This document shows, in pieces, positions 23,825 through 26,545 of a stretch of 26,545 bases of DNA. Source of the stretch: Gemmatimonadota bacterium (GTDB lineage: Bacteria; Gemmatimonadota; Gemmatimonadetes; Palauibacterales; Palauibacteraceae); the NCBI GenBank assembly GCA_046758745.1, contig JBHIAV010000041.1, forward strand, positions 1-26,545. Reading direction: 5' to 3'. Below the pieces are notes generated by a model. It ran no database searches. It had not been told where the DNA came from and was given only the letters and a program-made list of their open reading frames with translations. The translations under genes and the position numbers were made by a program. Within the stretch, counting starts at the first letter, position 1. Each line of letters starts with the position of its first letter.

Positions 23825-26528
23825 CGAAGCGTGCCTCCAGCGCTTTGATGATCTCCCCCACGGCGGCCTCCACCTCCTCGTCACGGAGCGTACGGTCCGG
23901 CGCCCGGAAGACGAGCCGCCAGGCGAGGCTCCGGTGTCCGGTCTCGATCCCCGGGCCGCGGTACTCGTCGAACGGCCGGAGCGACTCGAGCAGATCGGGC
24001 GCTGCTTCCCGGATCACCACATCGACATCGGCAGCCTGGACGGCGAGGGGCAGCACCAAAGCGAGGTCCCGCGACACAGCCGGATACGCTGGAATGGGAC
24101 GGTACACCGGGACGTCCCCGAGCGCCACTCCCTCGAGTCGGAACTCGAGGGCCCATACGGCACCAGCCCACCGAGGCGCATCGATCCGCTCCGCACGCAC
24201 GCGCCCCGCCACGCCGATCACCTCGCCGTCCCGCACGATGCCGAAGCGCTCCGCTCCCAGCCACGCCAGCCCCCCGATCGGGACGGGGTCGGAAGCGTCG
24301 GGGAGTCGACCCGGCTCGAGCCTCCCGAGACCCAGACGGCCCGCGACCAGCTCCGCGATGCCCCGCAGATCCCACACATCGAGGTCCGGAACCTCGCCGG
24401 ACCAGTGCGCCCCCGCCCGGGCGCCCGTGAACACCGCGCCCACGCGGAGCTCCTCGGCGAAGGCGCGAACGGCGGTCGTACCGGAGTCGTCCCCGCGGGC
24501 GGGCGCCGTGCCGGAGCCTGCGCCGCGGGCGGGTGCCGTGCCGGAGCCATCCCTTCGGTCGTTCGCCGTGCCGGAGCCTGCGCCGCGCCTCTCCGGGCCG
24601 GCGGCGCCCGACGCTCCCGCCGAGGGCCCCCCCTTACGCCTCGCGAAGGCGGTGCCGATCTCGAACAGGCGGACATCGCGGCGGCCGCGGGCGAAGTTGT
24701 GCTCGAGGCGGGCGAGGAGGACCGGCACGACGTCCGGCCGGAGCCAGCTCTCCTCGGCCGACAGGGGGCGCAGAAGCCGCACGCCGTGTCGGCCCGCCAC
24801 CTCCTCGGGAACGAAGCCGGCGCTCCGCGCCTCGAGAAAACCGAGTCCGGCGAAGAGCTCGCGCACCCGGCGGCCGCGTTCCCAGCACGGGTCGCTCGGC
24901 ACGCTGCTCGGGCGAAGGCTTCGCGGCTCCTCCGGAAAGTTCTCGTACCCGTACCGGCGCGCCACTTCCTCGATGAGATCGATCTCGCCTTCGACGTCGC
25001 GGCGCCAGCCCGGGACGCCCACCAGGAGAGCGTCGCTCGCAATCGCCCGCTCCGACGGTGCGGCGCTGCCGGCGGCGCCGGGGGAGCCGGCTGCGCCGCC
25101 CGCCTCAGGCGAGCTAGCCGCGCCGCTGGCCTCAGGCGAGTTGGCCGCACCGCTGGCCTCAGGCGAGCTGGCCGCGCCGCCCGCCTTCACCTCGAAGCCG
25201 AGCGGCTCGAGGATGCCGGTGATCTCTTCCCCCGAGAGCCTCAGACCCAGAACCCGCGTTACCCGCTCCGGACGTAGCCGGAGCTCTCGGCATTCCGGCA
25301 CCAGCCGCCCGACCCGGATCCCCTCGGGATCGGCCCGCCCTCCCGCCACGGCGAGGATCAGCTCCACGCAGCGAGCGATCGCCAGCTCGAGATCCGTCTC
25401 GTCCACACCCCGCTCGAAGCGGTACGAGGCGTCGGTCGATAGCCCGGCGGCCTTCGCGCTGCGCCGCGTGTGCCGCGGGTCGAACACCGCGCACTCGATC
25501 AGGAGGTCCACCGTGTCGGGCCTCACCTCGGTCACCTCTCCACCCATCACCCCGGCGAAGCCCACCGGTCCGTCGCGGTCGGCGATCACGGTGAACCGGT
25601 CATCGAGAACGTGGTCCTGCCCGTCCAGGGTCCGGAGCTGCTCCCCCCGTCGAGCCGCCCGCGCACGCAGCTCGGGGCCCGCAACAAGCGCCAGGTCGTA
25701 CGCGTGGATCGGGTGGTTGAGCTCGAGCAGGACATAGTTCGTGGCGTCCACCACGTTGTTGATCGGGCGGGAGCCGACGACACGGAGGCGCTGGGCGAGC
25801 CACTCCGGCGAGGCCCCGATCTTGACGCCTCGGACGATGGCGGCCAGAAACCGGGCGCACCGATCCGGCGCCTCGATCCCGATCGTCACGCCGCCCGCCG
25901 AGGCCTCCCGCTCCCCGCTCACCCACTCGGGCTCCCAGCGCGGACCACCGAAATCGGGGAGCCGAATCCCCGCCGCGCCTCCCGGCGTGAGCTCCCGGGC
26001 CACACCGACGTGACAGGCGAGGTCCACGCGATTCGGTGTGAGGTCGAGGACGAGGCGCGCGTCGGGCAGTCCGAGCGCATCGGCGAGGGGACGGCCCGGC
26101 GCGAGCTCCCCGGAGAGCCGCAGGATCCCGGCCGCATCCCGGCCGAGGCCGATCTCCCGCTCGGAGCAGAGCATGCCGTGGCTCATGCGGCCTCGGATCT
26201 TCCGGCTCTCGATCCTGAACCCGCCGGGGAGGACGCCGCCGGGGGGCACGTACGGGTACAGGGCGCCGACCTCCACGTTCGGGGCTCCGCACACCACGTC
26301 GATCGGGTCTCCGTCACCGGCATCGACCCGGCACACGGCCAGCCGGTCGGCTTTCGGATGCGGCTCCACCTCGAGAACCCGCGCAACCACCAGATCGGCG
26401 AGGCCTTCGCCCACCGGCTCCACCGCATCCACCGCGACGGCCCGCATGCTCAGCCGGTCGGCCAGCTCCTGGGGCGCTCCCTCCAGCTGCGGGGCCAGCG
26501 CTCTCAGCCAGGCGACCGAGACATTCAC
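23802..26528 (-). CDS. pheT: Phenylalanine--tRNA ligase beta subunit
   Basis: VSVAWL; HPKADRL; VVCGAPNV; SHGMLCSERE; LTPNRVDL; INNVVDATNYV; STDASYRFERGVD; WRRDVEGEIDLIEEVARRYGY; RLFEIG; YPAVSRDLA; DRTL. Confidence 0.98.
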   Translation of the reverse strand: MNVSVAWLRALAPQLEGAPQELADRLSMRAVAVDAVEPVGEGLADLVVARVLEVEPHPKADRLAVCRVDAGDGDPIDVVCGAPNVEVGALYPYVPPGGVLPGGFRIESRKIRGRMSHGMLCSEREIGLGRDAAGILRLSGELAPGRPLADALGLPDARLVLDLTPNRVDLACHVGVARELTPGGAAGIRLPDFGGPRWEPEWVSGEREASAGGVTIGIEAPDRCARFLAAIVRGVKIGASPEWLAQRLRVVGSRPINNVVDATNYVLLELNHPIHAYDLALVAGPELRARAARRGEQLRTLDGQDHVLDDRFTVIADRDGPVGFAGVMGGEVTEVRPDTVDLLIECAVFDPRHTRRSAKAAGLSTDASYRFERGVDETDLELAIARCVELILAVAGGRADPEGIRVGRLVPECRELRLRPERVTRVLGLRLSGEEITGILEPLGFEVKAGGAASSPEASGAANSPEASGAASSPEAGGAAGSPGAAGSAAPSERAIASDALLVGVPGWRRDVEGEIDLIEEVARRYGYENFPEEPRSLRPSSVPSDPCWERGRRVRELFAGLGFLEARSAGFVPEEVAGRHGVRLLRPLSAEESWLRPDVVPVLLARLEHNFARGRRDVRLFEIGTAFARRKGGPSAGASGAAGPERRGAGSGTANDRRDGSGTAPARGAGSGTAPARGDDSGTTAVRAFAEELRVGAVFTGARAGAHWSGEVPDLDVWDLRGIAELVAGRLGLGRLEPGRLPDASDPVPIGGLAWLGAERFGIVRDGEVIGVAGRVRAERIDAPRWAGAVWALEFRLEGVALGDVPVYRPIPAYPAVSRDLALVLPLAVQAADVDVVIREAAPDLLESLRPFDEYRGPGIETGHRSLAWRLVFRAPDRTLRDEEVEAAVGEIIKALEARFDVRVRSS
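24475..24587. repeat. In-frame 30-bp tandem repeat (about 4 copies) inside pheT (RGAGSGTAPA-like)
   Basis: Core GCCGTGCCGGAGCC at 24505, 24535 and 24565, with a degenerate copy at 24475; period exactly 30. Confidence 0.92.
25075..25182. repeat. In-frame 27-bp tandem repeat (about 4 copies) inside pheT (SGAASSPEA-like)
   Basis: GCCTCAGGCGAG at 25102, 25129 and 25156, with a degenerate copy at 25075; period 27. Confidence 0.95.
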
Positions 26529-26545
26529 CCGAGGGGCTCCGGGAC

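Noticed and set aside
24475..25182. Periodic 27-30 bp repeats as a CRISPR array
   Set aside because: Units are contiguous with no unique spacers, in frame within pheT, and no cas genes are present.

Overview
A very GC-rich (roughly 70% by eye) chromosomal segment from a diderm bacterium; protein style and gene order suggest Gemmatimonadota (inference). Almost everything is on the minus strand. The right half is a housekeeping run: pheT, a ZapB-like coiled coil, zapA, a structured non-coding RNA with an intrinsic terminator, rny, folD, xseA, xseB, ispA, nadK and recN. In the middle, a plus-strand putative outer-membrane beta-barrel gene is transcribed divergently from tRNA-Cys(GCA). The left half holds a Ca2+/H+ antiporter and an export operon: periplasmic adaptor, TolC, two different RND permeases, a beta-propeller lipoprotein, and a probably exported protein that runs off the window edge and is missing from the ORF track. 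No mobile element or CRISPR array is visible. The most notable signals are: (i) tiny ORFs that fill intergenic gaps through start/stop overlaps, including a double relay between the two RND genes; (ii) a zapA-rny intergenic RNA, at a position typical of 6S RNA, with a possible terminator/anti-terminator switch; (iii) a sliding-clamp-like motif (QTSFF) on a disordered N-terminal tether of XseA; (iv) repeated in-frame tandem-repeat expansions in protein loops, including two in PheT.
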